Source: Candidatus Poriferisocius sp. (lineage in GTDB: Bacteria; Actinomycetota; Acidimicrobiia; Acidimicrobiales; Bin134). Taken from it: a stretch of DNA of 64,000 bases. Every line of letters begins with the position of its first letter. Within the stretch, counting starts at the first letter, position 1. The stretch lies in assembly GCA_965208545.1 (NCBI GenBank), contig OZ242341.1:2399380-2463379 (forward strand), given 5' to 3'. The position numbers were made by a program, and so were the translations under genes. This document shows, piece after piece, positions 18,021 to 27,055 of the stretch. A model generated the notes under the pieces. That model ran no database searches. It saw nothing but the letters and a program-made list of their open reading frames with translations, and was not told the DNA's origin.

Positions 18021-20561
18021 ATGACCGCCCGCAAAGTCCCCGAGAAGCCCGCCCTCGAGGGCCTCGAAGCCAAGTGGGACGAAATCTGGGAAGCCAACGG
18101 CACGTATAGGTTCGACCGCACCGCCACCCGCGATCAGGTCTATTCCATCGACACCCCGCCCCCCACGGTCAGCGGCAGCCTCCACGTGGGTCACATCTTC
18201 AGCTACACCCACACCGACACCCTCGCCCGCTACCGCCGCATGCAGGGCAAGCAGGTGTACTACCCCATGGGCTGGGACGACAACGGCCTGCCCACCGAGC
18301 GCCGGGTGCAGAACTACTTCGGCGTGCGCTGCGACCCCTCCCTTCCCTACCACCCCCACTTCCAGCCCCCCGACAAGCCCGGCAAAGACCAGCTCCCCAT
18401 CTCGCGGCGCAACTTCGTCGAATTGTGTGAACAGCTCACCGCCACCGACGAGCAGGCCTTCGAGGAACTCTGGCGCCGCCTGGGCCTGTCCATCGACTGG
18501 AGCCTCACTTACGCCACCATCGACGAGCGCAGCCGCCGGGCCTCCCAGCGGGCCTTCCTCCGAAACCTGGCCCGGGGTGAGGCTTACCAGAGCGAAGCCC
18601 CCAGCCTCTGGGACGTGACCTTCCGCACCGCGGTGGCCCAGGCCGAGTTGGAAGACCGGGAGCGCCCCGGCGCCTACCACCGCCTGGCCTTCAAGCGCCC
18701 CGACGGCCGCGACCTGCTGATAGATACCACCCGCCCGGAACTTCTGGCCGCTTGTGTGGCCGTGGTGGCCCATCCCGACGACCAGCGCTACCAGCCCCTG
18801 TTTGGCCAGACCATCACCACTCCGCTTTTCAAGGCGTCAGTGCCCATGGTGGCCCACGAGCTGGCCGATCCCGAAAAGGGCACCGGCACGGCCATGATCT
18901 GCACCTTCGGCGACACCACCGACGTGACTTGGTGGCGGGAGTTGGACCTGCCGGTGCGGGCCATCGTCGACCGAGGCGGCCGCATCGTGGCCGATGCTCC
19001 CGACGGCGTCGACCCCGCTCCCTATGCCGAGATAGCCGGGCGCACCATCCACGGCGCCCAGCAACGCATGGTCGAACTGCTCAGCGAGTCGGGCGAGCTG
19101 ATCGGCGAGCCCCAGCCCATCACCCACCCGGTGAAGTTCTTCGAGAAGGGCCAGCGCCCCCTCGAGATCGTCACGTCCCGCCAGTGGTATATCCGCAACG
19201 GAGGACGCGACCAAACCCTGCGCGACGCCCTCATCCAGCGGGGCCGGGAGCTGAACTGGGTGCCCGAGCACATGCGGGTCCGCTATGAGAACTGGGTGGG
19301 CGGATTGAACGGCGACTGGCTCATCAGCCGCCAGCGCTTCTTCGGCGTCCCCTTCCCCATCTGGTACCCGCTCGATGCCGACGGACAGCCCAACTACCAC
19401 CACCCCATCGCCGCCGACGAGGCCAGCCTCCCCATCGACCCCTCCTCCGACACACCTACGGGCTACACCGAAGACCAGCGGGACGAGCCCGGCGGCTTCG
19501 CCGCCGACCCCGACGTGATGGACACCTGGGCCACCTCCTCCCTCAGCCCCCAGATCGCCTGCTACTGGGAGGACGACCCCGACCTGTTCGAGCGCACCTT
19601 CCCCATGGACCTGCGCCCCCAGGCCCACGAGATCATCCGCACTTGGCTGTTCGCCACCGTGACCCGGGCCCATTTCGAGCACGGCGGGCTGCCGTGGTCC
19701 ACCGCGGCCATCTCCGGATGGGTGCTCGATCCCGATCGCAAGAAGATGTCCAAGTCGAAGGGCAATGTGGTCACCCCCATGGACACCCTGGAGGCATTCG
19801 GGGCCGACGCGCTGCGCTACTGGGCCTCGTCGGGACGGCCCGGCACCGACACCGCCTTTGAGGAGGGCCAGATGAAGGTGGGCCGGCGCTTGGCGGTGAA
19901 GATCCTCAACGCCAGCCGATTCGTGCTGGGCCAAGAGCCCGCCACCAATGCCCAGGCCACCGAGACCCTCGACCGGGCCCTGCTCGCTCACTTGGCCGAC
20001 CTGATCGACGACACCACGGCCGCATTCGAAAAGGGCGACTACGCCCGATCCCTGGAGAGTACCGAGACGTCGTTCTGGTCGTTCACCGACGATTACCTGG
20101 AGCTGGTCAAGAACCGGGCCTACGGCGGCCGGGGCGGTGCGGCCGGCGAGTCGGCCCGCTACACCTTGGAGACGGCCCTCATCGCCTACCTCAAGCTGTT
20201 CGCCCCGTTCCTGCCCTATGTGACCGAAGAGGTGTGGTCGTGGTGGCAACAAGGCTCGGTCCACCGCTCCCCCTGGCCCGACGCCGCGGAGCTGCGGGCC
20301 GCGGCCGGCGATGTGAACCCGGAAGCCGCCGTGGTAGCAGCCGACACGCTGCGGGAGATTCGCCGGATAAAGAGCGACGCCAAGGTGCGCCTGGCCACCG
20401 CGGTCACAACCGCCACCGTCACCGACACCGCCGAGCGGCTGGCCATCTTGGAGCAGGTGGCCGACGACGTGGCCGATGCCGGACGGTGTCGGGAACTGCT
20501 CACGGCGGTGGGCCCGGAGCTGTCGGTGACCGCGGAGCTGGAAACCGAGTCCGCGGCCTGA
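18021..20561 (+). CDS. valS: Valine--tRNA ligase
   Basis: The 846-aa protein has PPPTVSGSLHVGH (HIGH region), KMSKSKGNVV (KMSKS) and the class I editing-domain layout. Confidence 0.93.
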   Translation: MTARKVPEKPALEGLEAKWDEIWEANGTYRFDRTATRDQVYSIDTPPPTVSGSLHVGHIFSYTHTDTLARYRRMQGKQVYYPMGWDDNGLPTERRVQNYFGVRCDPSLPYHPHFQPPDKPGKDQLPISRRNFVELCEQLTATDEQAFEELWRRLGLSIDWSLTYATIDERSRRASQRAFLRNLARGEAYQSEAPSLWDVTFRTAVAQAELEDRERPGAYHRLAFKRPDGRDLLIDTTRPELLAACVAVVAHPDDQRYQPLFGQTITTPLFKASVPMVAHELADPEKGTGTAMICTFGDTTDVTWWRELDLPVRAIVDRGGRIVADAPDGVDPAPYAEIAGRTIHGAQQRMVELLSESGELIGEPQPITHPVKFFEKGQRPLEIVTSRQWYIRNGGRDQTLRDALIQRGRELNWVPEHMRVRYENWVGGLNGDWLISRQRFFGVPFPIWYPLDADGQPNYHHPIAADEASLPIDPSSDTPTGYTEDQRDEPGGFAADPDVMDTWATSSLSPQIACYWEDDPDLFERTFPMDLRPQAHEIIRTWLFATVTRAHFEHGGLPWSTAAISGWVLDPDRKKMSKSKGNVVTPMDTLEAFGADALRYWASSGRPGTDTAFEEGQMKVGRRLAVKILNASRFVLGQEPATNAQATETLDRALLAHLADLIDDTTAAFEKGDYARSLESTETSFWSFTDDYLELVKNRAYGGRGGAAGESARYTLETALIAYLKLFAPFLPYVTEEVWSWWQQGSVHRSPWPDAAELRAAAGDVNPEAAVVAADTLREIRRIKSDAKVRLATAVTTATVTDTAERLAILEQVADDVADAGRCRELLTAVGPELSVTAELETESAA

Positions 20562-20562
20562 C

Positions 20563-21297
20563 ATGCGCACACTGGGCCTCGGTGTTCTGGCCGGGGTTCT
20601 GGCCTGGTTGGTGACAGGATGCGGGGGTGGAGGCGAGACCACCGTGACGGTGTACGCGGCCGCGTCGCTGGCGGAGGCGTTCGAGGACCTGGCCACCGAG
20701 TACGAGTCCGCCAACCCCGATGTCGACGTGAAGCTCAACTTCGCAGGCAGCGCCCGGCTGGCGGCTCAGATCAGCGCCGGTGCCCGGGCCGACGTGTTCG
20801 CGTCGGCCAACGCCGCCACCATGAGTCGGGTTGTGGCCGAAGACCGTACCGCCGCACCCCCAGTCTTGTTCGCCCGCAACCGTCTGGCTTTGGTGGTGCC
20901 GATCGACAACCCCGGCAACGTGACTGAGCTGGAAGACCTGTCTGATGACGGCCTGGTATTGGCAGTGTGCGCTCCCGAGGTGCCTTGCGGTGCCCTCGCC
21001 CGGGCCGTGCTGTTGGACGCCGGGGTCAACCCCGACGCCGACACCGAGGAGACCAGCGTGCGGGCCGTGCTCACCAAAGTAACGCTGGGCGAGGCCGACG
21101 CCGGGCTGGTGTATGCCACCGACGTGGCGGCCGGCGGTGACAAGGTGGCCTCAGTGCCCCTCGGCCCCCAGATCAGGTTCAACGACTACCCAGTGGCCGC
21201 AGTCAGCGATCGGGCAGTAGCCGCCGACTTCGTGGACTTCGTCCTCGGGCCTGACGGCCAGCGCATTCTCTGGAGTCACGGATTCGATTCCCCATGA
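20563..21297 (+). CDS. modA: Molybdate ABC transporter substrate-binding lipoprotein
   Basis: It has the lipobox LVTGC, then VYAAASL..AF..L and NFAGS..L..QI..GA.ADVFASA. It is followed by modB and modC. Confidence 0.85.
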   Translation: MRTLGLGVLAGVLAWLVTGCGGGGETTVTVYAAASLAEAFEDLATEYESANPDVDVKLNFAGSARLAAQISAGARADVFASANAATMSRVVAEDRTAAPPVLFARNRLALVVPIDNPGNVTELEDLSDDGLVLAVCAPEVPCGALARAVLLDAGVNPDADTEETSVRAVLTKVTLGEADAGLVYATDVAAGGDKVASVPLGPQIRFNDYPVAAVSDRAVAADFVDFVLGPDGQRILWSHGFDSP

Positions 21298-22148
21298 CCA
21301 ACCGCCCCACCTCCAAAGAGCCGAATCGCCGTCCGCCGATAGCGATTTTGGTGATGGCTCTCATCGCCGTGGCCGTTTTGGCTCTGCCCCTGGTGGGTCT
21401 GTTGCAGCGAACGCCGTGGTCATCGCTGGGCACCACGCTGGGCGAAACCGCCACCCTGGAGGCCCTCCGGGTGTCGGTGGTGGTGTCGCTTCTGGCCGCG
21501 GCGATATCGGTGGCACTCGGGCTTCCGCTGGCCTGGGTTTTGGCCCGGCTGGCGTTCCGAGGCCGGGCGCTGGTGCGCGCCGTGGTGCTGCTGCCCATGG
21601 TGCTGCCCCCGGTGGTGGGGGGCATCGCCCTATTCTTCGCCCTCGGTCGCCGGGGTCTCGTCGGCCGGGCCCTGCACAACTGGTTCGGCCTGGACACCCT
21701 CATCGGCACCACCGCAGGCGCGGTGATCGCCGCCGCTTTTGTGTCTATGCCGTTCTTCGTGATCACCGCCGAGGCCGGCTTGCGCCAGCTCGATCCCCGG
21801 CTGGAGTCGGCCGCCTCCTCTTTGGGCGCCGGTCGCTGGACTGTGCTGCGCCGGATCACCCTGCCGCTGCTGGCCCCGTCGCTGGCTGCGGGGGCCACCC
21901 TGTCGTGGGCCCGAGCCCTGGGCGAATTCGGGGCCACCATTACATTTGCCGGCAACCATCCGGGCCGCACCCGCACGCTGCCGCTGGCCATCGCGCAGGC
22001 CAACGAGGCCGGCCAGCCCGAGGCGGCCATCGCCATGTCGGTGCTGCTCATTGGAGTGTCCTTGCTCATCCTCATCGGCCTGCGCCACCGCTGGATCGCT
22101 CCCCGCACCACCCAACAGCAGAACCCACCGGAGTCGTCCCCGTCATGA
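21294..22148 (+). CDS. modB: Molybdate ABC transporter permease
   Basis: Its ATGA start overlaps the modA stop. It has the EAA-like loop SSLGAGRWTVLRRITLPLL and TFAGN..G.TRTLPLAI, as in ModB. Confidence 0.85.
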   Translation: MTNRPTSKEPNRRPPIAILVMALIAVAVLALPLVGLLQRTPWSSLGTTLGETATLEALRVSVVVSLLAAAISVALGLPLAWVLARLAFRGRALVRAVVLLPMVLPPVVGGIALFFALGRRGLVGRALHNWFGLDTLIGTTAGAVIAAAFVSMPFFVITAEAGLRQLDPRLESAASSLGAGRWTVLRRITLPLLAPSLAAGATLSWARALGEFGATITFAGNHPGRTRTLPLAIAQANEAGQPEAAIAMSVLLIGVSLLILIGLRHRWIAPRTTQQQNPPESSPS

Positions 22149-23185
22149 GCATCCAGGCTGAGGTCCAGGCCACCATGGGAGGCTTTTCGATTGACGCCGC
22201 CTTCGACGCACCGACCGGGAGTTGCACCGCCATCGTCGGACCCAACGGAGCGGGCAAGACCACTCTGGTCCACGCGCTGGCCGGTCTGATATCCCTCCAG
22301 AAGGGCAAGATCGTGCTGGCCGGACAGGTGGTCGACGATCCCGCCCAGGGCGTCCATGTGCCCCCCAACCGCCGCCCCATCGCCCTGCACAGCCAGCACA
22401 ACCTGCTGTTTCCCCACCTCAGCGTGGTGGACAACGTGGCGTTTGGTCCCCGATGCTCGGGTCTGGCCACCCGTCTGGCCCGCCAGCAGGCCGAGGAGTG
22501 GCTGCACAAGGTCGGGCTGGCCGACATGGGCGATCTGCGTCCCGCGCAACTCTCCGGCGGCCAGGCCCAGCGGGTGGGCCTGGCCCGGGCCGCGGCCTGC
22601 CAGCCAGACGTCCTGCTGCTCGACGAGTCCCTGGCCTCTCTCGACGCCGAGACCCGCACCGACGTGCGCCACCTGCTGGCCGACATGTCGGCCACCCGGG
22701 TGCTGATCACCCACGACCCGGTGGAAACCAGGGTGCTGGCCGATCAACTCTTGGTGATGGAGAAGGGGGAGATCGTGCAGACCGGCACCCCAGAGGAGGT
22801 AACCGCCGACCCCCGAACCCCGTGGACCGCCGGACTGCTCGACATCAACTTGCTCGCCGGGCAGGCCGCTGGTACCGAGGTGGCCCTCGACTGCGGGCTG
22901 GCCCTGACCACAGCCACCCCCATGACCGGGCCGGTGCTGGTCACTTTCTCCCCCGCGGCCGTGACTCTGTCAACGGCCGAGCCCCACACCAGCGCCCGCA
23001 ACACCTGGGAAGCAGAAGTGGCTCGAATTCAGCCCGAGAGCGACCGGGTCAGGGTGCTTCTGGGGTCCCCGGCACCGTGCCAGGTGTGGGTCACACCCCA
23101 AGCGGTAGGAGAACTGGATCTGAGTGCCGGATCGCGGTGCTGGGCCGCCCTCAAGGCCACTGAGCTGACCGTCCGAGAGGCTTAA
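22145..23185 (+). CDS. modC: Molybdate ABC transporter ATP-binding protein with C-terminal TOBE-like domain
   Basis: ATG 22145 overlaps the modB stop (ATGA). The gene lies inside track ORF 21416..23185. It has Walker A GPNGAGKTT, LSGGQAQRV and LLLDESLASLD. The C-terminal roughly 120 aa form a TOBE-like beta domain. Confidence 0.85.
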   Translation: MSIQAEVQATMGGFSIDAAFDAPTGSCTAIVGPNGAGKTTLVHALAGLISLQKGKIVLAGQVVDDPAQGVHVPPNRRPIALHSQHNLLFPHLSVVDNVAFGPRCSGLATRLARQQAEEWLHKVGLADMGDLRPAQLSGGQAQRVGLARAAACQPDVLLLDESLASLDAETRTDVRHLLADMSATRVLITHDPVETRVLADQLLVMEKGEIVQTGTPEEVTADPRTPWTAGLLDINLLAGQAAGTEVALDCGLALTTATPMTGPVLVTFSPAAVTLSTAEPHTSARNTWEAEVARIQPESDRVRVLLGSPAPCQVWVTPQAVGELDLSAGSRCWAALKATELTVREA

Positions 23186-23186
23186 T

Positions 23187-23207
23187 CCGCGCGCGCGGGC
23201 GCGCGCC
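23187..23207 (+). terminator. Alternating-CG hairpin just after the modC stop
   Basis: In ccgcgcgcgcgggcgcgcgcc, gcgcgcg / cgcgcgc form a perfect 7-bp stem around cggg. No U-tract follows, so function as an intrinsic terminator is uncertain. Confidence 0.3.
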
Positions 23208-23299
23208 AAATGGCGTTCTGGAGGCGTCAAGACCGTCCCCCACGCGCGAATTCCCTGGTTACAGCGTTGTCATTTGAGGCTTATTGATGAAGTTTCCTT

Positions 23300-23309
23300 G
23301 TTGTAATTA
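23300..23309. promoter_or_regulatory. Perfect 10-bp palindrome TGTAATTACA in the AT-rich nrdA leader
   Basis: Read directly from the sequence. It lies about 45 nt upstream of the SD-supported nrdA start and is a candidate operator only. Confidence 0.2.
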
Positions 23310-23352
23310 CACTGGTGTCTCACGTTGGCAGCCTCGTTCTGAGGGGGGATCG

Positions 23353-25782
23353 ATGACACTCATACAGGAGCCACTGGCCGCCGTAAGCACGAATGGGACC
23401 GATGCCGAACAGAACGGAGACCATGCCGCCAGCGCGACCGGGATGCGGGTGCGCAAGCGCAACGGCGAGCTGGAGCCGGTAGACGTCAACAAGATCGTCA
23501 ACGCGGTAGCCCGCTGCGCCGAGGGACTGGTGGGCGTCGACCCGATGCGGGTGGCCACTCGGACCATCTCCGCCCTGGCCGACGGGGCCACCACCCGAGA
23601 GCTCGACGAGCTATCCATCCGCACCGCGGCCGGGCTGATCGTCACCGAGCCCAACTACTCCAAACTGGCCGCCCGGCTCCTGTCCACCTGCATCGACAAA
23701 GAGGTCCGCAACCAGAACATCCCCTGGTTCACCGAGTCGATCAAGACCGGTCACAGCCTGGACCTGATCAGCGATGAGACTCTCGACTTCGCCGAGAAGT
23801 ACGCCCCCGCGCTGAACGCCTCCATCAGCTCGCTGCGCGACCGGAACTTCGAGTTCTTCGGCCTGCGCACGGTGTACGACCGCTATCTGCTGCGCCATCC
23901 CGACACCCGCCAGGTCATCGAAACCCCTCAATACTTCTTCTTGCGGGTGGCTTGCGGCCTCTCGGCCGACGCCGATGAGGCCATCGCCTTCTACGACCTG
24001 ATGAGCTCGCTGGCTTACCTCCCGTCGAGCCCGACGCTGTTCAACTCCGGTACCGCCCACCCGCAGATGTCGTCGTGCTACCTGCTCGACTCCCCCGAAG
24101 ACAGCCTCGAGGGCATCTACCAGCGCTACACCGACATTGCCCGGCTCTCCAAGTTCGCCGGCGGCATTGGCGTGGCCTGGCACCGCATCCGCTCCAAGGG
24201 ATCGCTCATCAAAGGCACCAACGGCCTGTCCAACGGCATCGTGCCATGGCTAAAGACCCTGGACAGCTCGGTAGCCGCCGTCAACCAGGGGGGCAAGCGC
24301 AAGGGCGCGGCCTGCGTGTACCTGGAGACTTGGCACGCCGACATCGAGGACTTCTTGGAGCTCAAGGAGAACACCGGCGACCACAACCGCCGAGCCCACA
24401 ATCTCAATCTGGCCAACTGGGTACCCGACCTGTTCATGGAGCGAGTGGAACAGGACTGGCAGTGGTCGCTGTTTGACCCCAAGAAGGTCCCCCACTTCAC
24501 CGACCTCTATGGGGATGAGTTCCGGGAGGCTTATGCAGAAGCCGAGGCTGCCGGGCTGTACGAGCGCCAGCTCCCCGCCCGCCAGCTCTACAGCCGCATG
24601 ATGCGGTGCCTGGCCCAGACTGGCAACGGCTGGATGACCTTCAAAGACGCCTCCAATCTGCGGTGCAATCAAACCGGCCAAGAAGGCCGCACCGTACACC
24701 TGTCCAACCTGTGCACCGAGATCATCGAAGTCACCAGCGCCGATGAGACCGCAGTATGCAACCTGGGGTCGGTCAACCTGGGAGCGTTTGTCGACACCGA
24801 CACCGGCACAATGGACTTCGACCGGCTTGGGAGCGTGGTCCGCTCCGTGGTGCCCTTCTTGGACCGGGTAATCGACATCAACTTCTACCCCACCTCCGAG
24901 GCGGCCAACTCCAACGCCAAGTGGCGCCCGGTGGGCCTGGGCCTGATGGGCCTCCAAGACGTGTTCTTCCACTTGGCCATGCCCTTTGACAGCGACGAGG
25001 CCCGCCGGCTGTCGGCCCGCATCTCCGAGGAGATCTATTTCAACGCCTTGTGGGCCTCTACCGAGCTCGCCGAGAAGCACGGACCCCACTTAGCGTTCCC
25101 CGAAACCCGGGCGGCCAGCGGCCAGCTCCAGTTCGACCTGTGGGGCAAGGAGTCCTCCGATCCAGCCCGGTGGCAAACGCTGCGCGATCGCATCGCCGAG
25201 CACGGACTGCGCAATTCCCTGCTCATCGCCATCGCCCCCACCGCCACCATCGCCTCCATCGCCGGGTGCTTCGAGTGCATCGAGCCCCAGGTGTCCAATC
25301 TGTTCAAGCGGGAGACCCTCTCCGGCGAGTTCTTGCAGATCAACCGCTACCTGGTAAGCGACCTCCAGGAGCTGGGCCTGTGGGACGACCAGATGATCGC
25401 TGATGTCAAGCGGTCCGAGGGCTCGGTGGCCGACATCGAGCGCATCCCCGACAGCCTCAAGGCGGTGTACCGCACCGCGTGGGAGCTCCCCCAGCGCTCG
25501 CTCATCGACATGGCCGCCGACCGAGGGGCATTCATCGACCAGTCCCAGTCGCTGAACCTGTTCATGGAGTCGCCCACCATCGGCAAGCTCAGCTCCATGT
25601 ACTCGCACGCTTGGAAATCAGGGCTGAAAACCACCTACTACCTGAGATCCCGGCCAGCCACCCGGATCAACCAGACCACCACCGGCGGCACACCCACAGC
25701 CCCTGTCTCTGCTCCGGTAACCGATGCTGAGGCGGTGGCCTGCTCCCTGGAAAACCCCGAGACCTGTGAGGCATGCGAATAA
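23353..25782 (+). CDS. nrdA: Ribonucleoside-diphosphate reductase alpha subunit, class Ia (with N-terminal ATP-cone)
   Basis: ATG 23353 is preceded by gaggggggatcg. RVRKRNGELEPVDVNKIVNAVARCAEGL resembles the E. coli NrdA ATP-cone. It also has the catalytic NLCTEI and a C-terminal CxxC-like tail (CSLENPETCEACE). Confidence 0.9.
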   Translation: MTLIQEPLAAVSTNGTDAEQNGDHAASATGMRVRKRNGELEPVDVNKIVNAVARCAEGLVGVDPMRVATRTISALADGATTRELDELSIRTAAGLIVTEPNYSKLAARLLSTCIDKEVRNQNIPWFTESIKTGHSLDLISDETLDFAEKYAPALNASISSLRDRNFEFFGLRTVYDRYLLRHPDTRQVIETPQYFFLRVACGLSADADEAIAFYDLMSSLAYLPSSPTLFNSGTAHPQMSSCYLLDSPEDSLEGIYQRYTDIARLSKFAGGIGVAWHRIRSKGSLIKGTNGLSNGIVPWLKTLDSSVAAVNQGGKRKGAACVYLETWHADIEDFLELKENTGDHNRRAHNLNLANWVPDLFMERVEQDWQWSLFDPKKVPHFTDLYGDEFREAYAEAEAAGLYERQLPARQLYSRMMRCLAQTGNGWMTFKDASNLRCNQTGQEGRTVHLSNLCTEIIEVTSADETAVCNLGSVNLGAFVDTDTGTMDFDRLGSVVRSVVPFLDRVIDINFYPTSEAANSNAKWRPVGLGLMGLQDVFFHLAMPFDSDEARRLSARISEEIYFNALWASTELAEKHGPHLAFPETRAASGQLQFDLWGKESSDPARWQTLRDRIAEHGLRNSLLIAIAPTATIASIAGCFECIEPQVSNLFKRETLSGEFLQINRYLVSDLQELGLWDDQMIADVKRSEGSVADIERIPDSLKAVYRTAWELPQRSLIDMAADRGAFIDQSQSLNLFMESPTIGKLSSMYSHAWKSGLKTTYYLRSRPATRINQTTTGGTPTAPVSAPVTDAEAVACSLENPETCEACE

Positions 25783-26879
25783 TGGCTCTGGCAGAAACCC
25801 CGTTTATTGAAGAGGACCTGGGTCTCAACCCGTCACCAGAATCGTCGCCTCCGGCACCTGAGGCGACTCCAGCCCTAGGGCGGATCCTTGATCCCGGCTT
25901 CAAGCTGACACTGCGCCCCATGCGATATCCGCAGTTCTTTGACATGTACCGCGACGCCATCAAGAACACCTGGACGGTGGATGAGATCGACTTCTCCGAC
26001 GACCTGGTCGACTTGGAGCGCACCCTTCTCCCCGCGGAGAAGCACCTGGTGAATCGGCTGGTGGCCTTCTTCGCCACCGGTGACTCCATCGTGGCCAACA
26101 ACCTTGTGCTGAACCTCTACAAGCACGTCAACGCCCCCGAGGCCCGGATGTACCTGTCCCGTCAGCTCTACGAGGAGGCGCTGCACGTCCAGTTCTACCT
26201 GACCCTGCTCGACAACTACATCCCCGACCTCGACGAGCGGGAGGCCGCGTTCGCCGCCATCGACAACATTCCCTCCATCCGCAAAAAGGCCGAGTTCTGC
26301 TTCCGGTGGATGAACTCGATGGATGACATCGACCAGTGCGACACCCCTCAGCAGCGCCGTCAGTTCTTGTTGAATTTGATCTGCTTCGCCACCTGCATCG
26401 AGGGGCTGTTCTTCTTCGCCGCCTTCGCCTATGTGTACTTCTTGCGATCCAAAGGGCTGTTGAACGGGCTAGCCGCGGGCACCAATTGGGTGTTCCGCGA
26501 CGAGAGCTGTCACATGAACTTCGCCCTCGAGGTGGTGAACACCGTACGGGCCGAGGAACCCGAGCTGTTCGACGCCGAGCTCAGCGAGCAGGTCACTACC
26601 ATGATCTGCGAGGCAGTCGACTGCGAGTACCAATTCGCCGAGGATCTGCTAGGCCAGGGCGTGCCTGGCATGTCGGTGGCCGACACCCGCCGCTACTTGG
26701 AATTCGTGGCCGACCAGCGCCTCAGCCAATTGGGTCTTCCCAAGCAGTTCGGTGCCAAGAACCCGTTCTCGTTCATGGAACTCCAAGATGTGCAGGAGCT
26801 GACCAACTTCTTCGAGCGCACCGTGGCCTCCTACCAAGTGGGTGTAGAGGGCGACGTCGCCTTCGACGAGGACTTCTAA
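25773..26879 (+). CDS. nrdB: Ribonucleoside-diphosphate reductase beta subunit (class Ia, radical Tyr present)
   Basis: EEALHVQFY places Tyr four residues after the ligand His, as in E. coli R2. It also has RDESCHMNF. The start is ATG 25773 (10-nt overlap with nrdA) or ATG 25782 (TAATG overlap). Confidence 0.9.
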   Translation: MRIMALAETPFIEEDLGLNPSPESSPPAPEATPALGRILDPGFKLTLRPMRYPQFFDMYRDAIKNTWTVDEIDFSDDLVDLERTLLPAEKHLVNRLVAFFATGDSIVANNLVLNLYKHVNAPEARMYLSRQLYEEALHVQFYLTLLDNYIPDLDEREAAFAAIDNIPSIRKKAEFCFRWMNSMDDIDQCDTPQQRRQFLLNLICFATCIEGLFFFAAFAYVYFLRSKGLLNGLAAGTNWVFRDESCHMNFALEVVNTVRAEEPELFDAELSEQVTTMICEAVDCEYQFAEDLLGQGVPGMSVADTRRYLEFVADQRLSQLGLPKQFGAKNPFSFMELQDVQELTNFFERTVASYQVGVEGDVAFDEDF

Positions 26880-26934
26880 CCGGCATCGCCCCTCCGGGGC
26901 ACTCCTCGGCGACAAACCGTTGCTGGATTCATCT

Positions 26935-27055
26935 GTTGGCCGGACGCGCTGCGCCCCTGGGCCGGAGGGGGGCAGCCCAGGGGCGCACTTACCCCGTTGA
27001 GGGATCTTCTACAAGGCTACGGGTACCGTGAGGATTCCGGGTGGATGCTGTAGGT
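26935..27055 (-). repeat. Copy A of a roughly 120-bp duplicated module: last 13 codons of the kinase gene, spacer, and terminator hairpin
   Basis: Compared with 29036-29155, the first 36 nt differ at 1 position, the hairpin arms are identical, and the last 25 nt (aggattccgggtggatgctgtaggt) differ at 1 position. Confidence 0.85.
26950..26987. terminator. Strong GC hairpin between convergent nrdB and the histidine kinase gene
   Basis: tgcgcccctgggc ... gcccaggggcgca forms a 13-bp stem with a 12-nt loop. It is positioned to terminate both convergent transcripts. Confidence 0.55.

Noticed and set aside
18837-20738. 633-aa ORF on the minus strand
   Set aside because: It is fully antisense to valS, which has unmistakable HIGH and KMSKS motifs. 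Its product is Gly/Arg/Pro/Ala-rich with no recognisable motif, typical of antisense frames in GC-rich DNA.
21203-22747. 514-aa minus-strand ORF; also the 5' part of the plus-strand ORF 21416..23185
   Set aside because: They are antisense or out of frame relative to modB and modC. Only the segment from ATG 22145 carries ABC ATPase motifs.
23230-23352. Canonical tandem NrdR boxes or a cobalamin riboswitch upstream of nrdA
   Set aside because: I could not find two ACAC-N8-GTGT type 16-mers at the usual spacing of about 31 bp. The leader is too short and lacks an obvious B12-box. The question is left open as a finding, not a call.
23287-23352. Upstream in-frame ATG as the nrdA start (MKFPCCNYTG...)
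   Set aside because: It lies in the AT-rich promoter-like patch without an SD, whereas ATG 23353 has gagggggg 5-12 nt upstream. NrdA homology begins after 23353.
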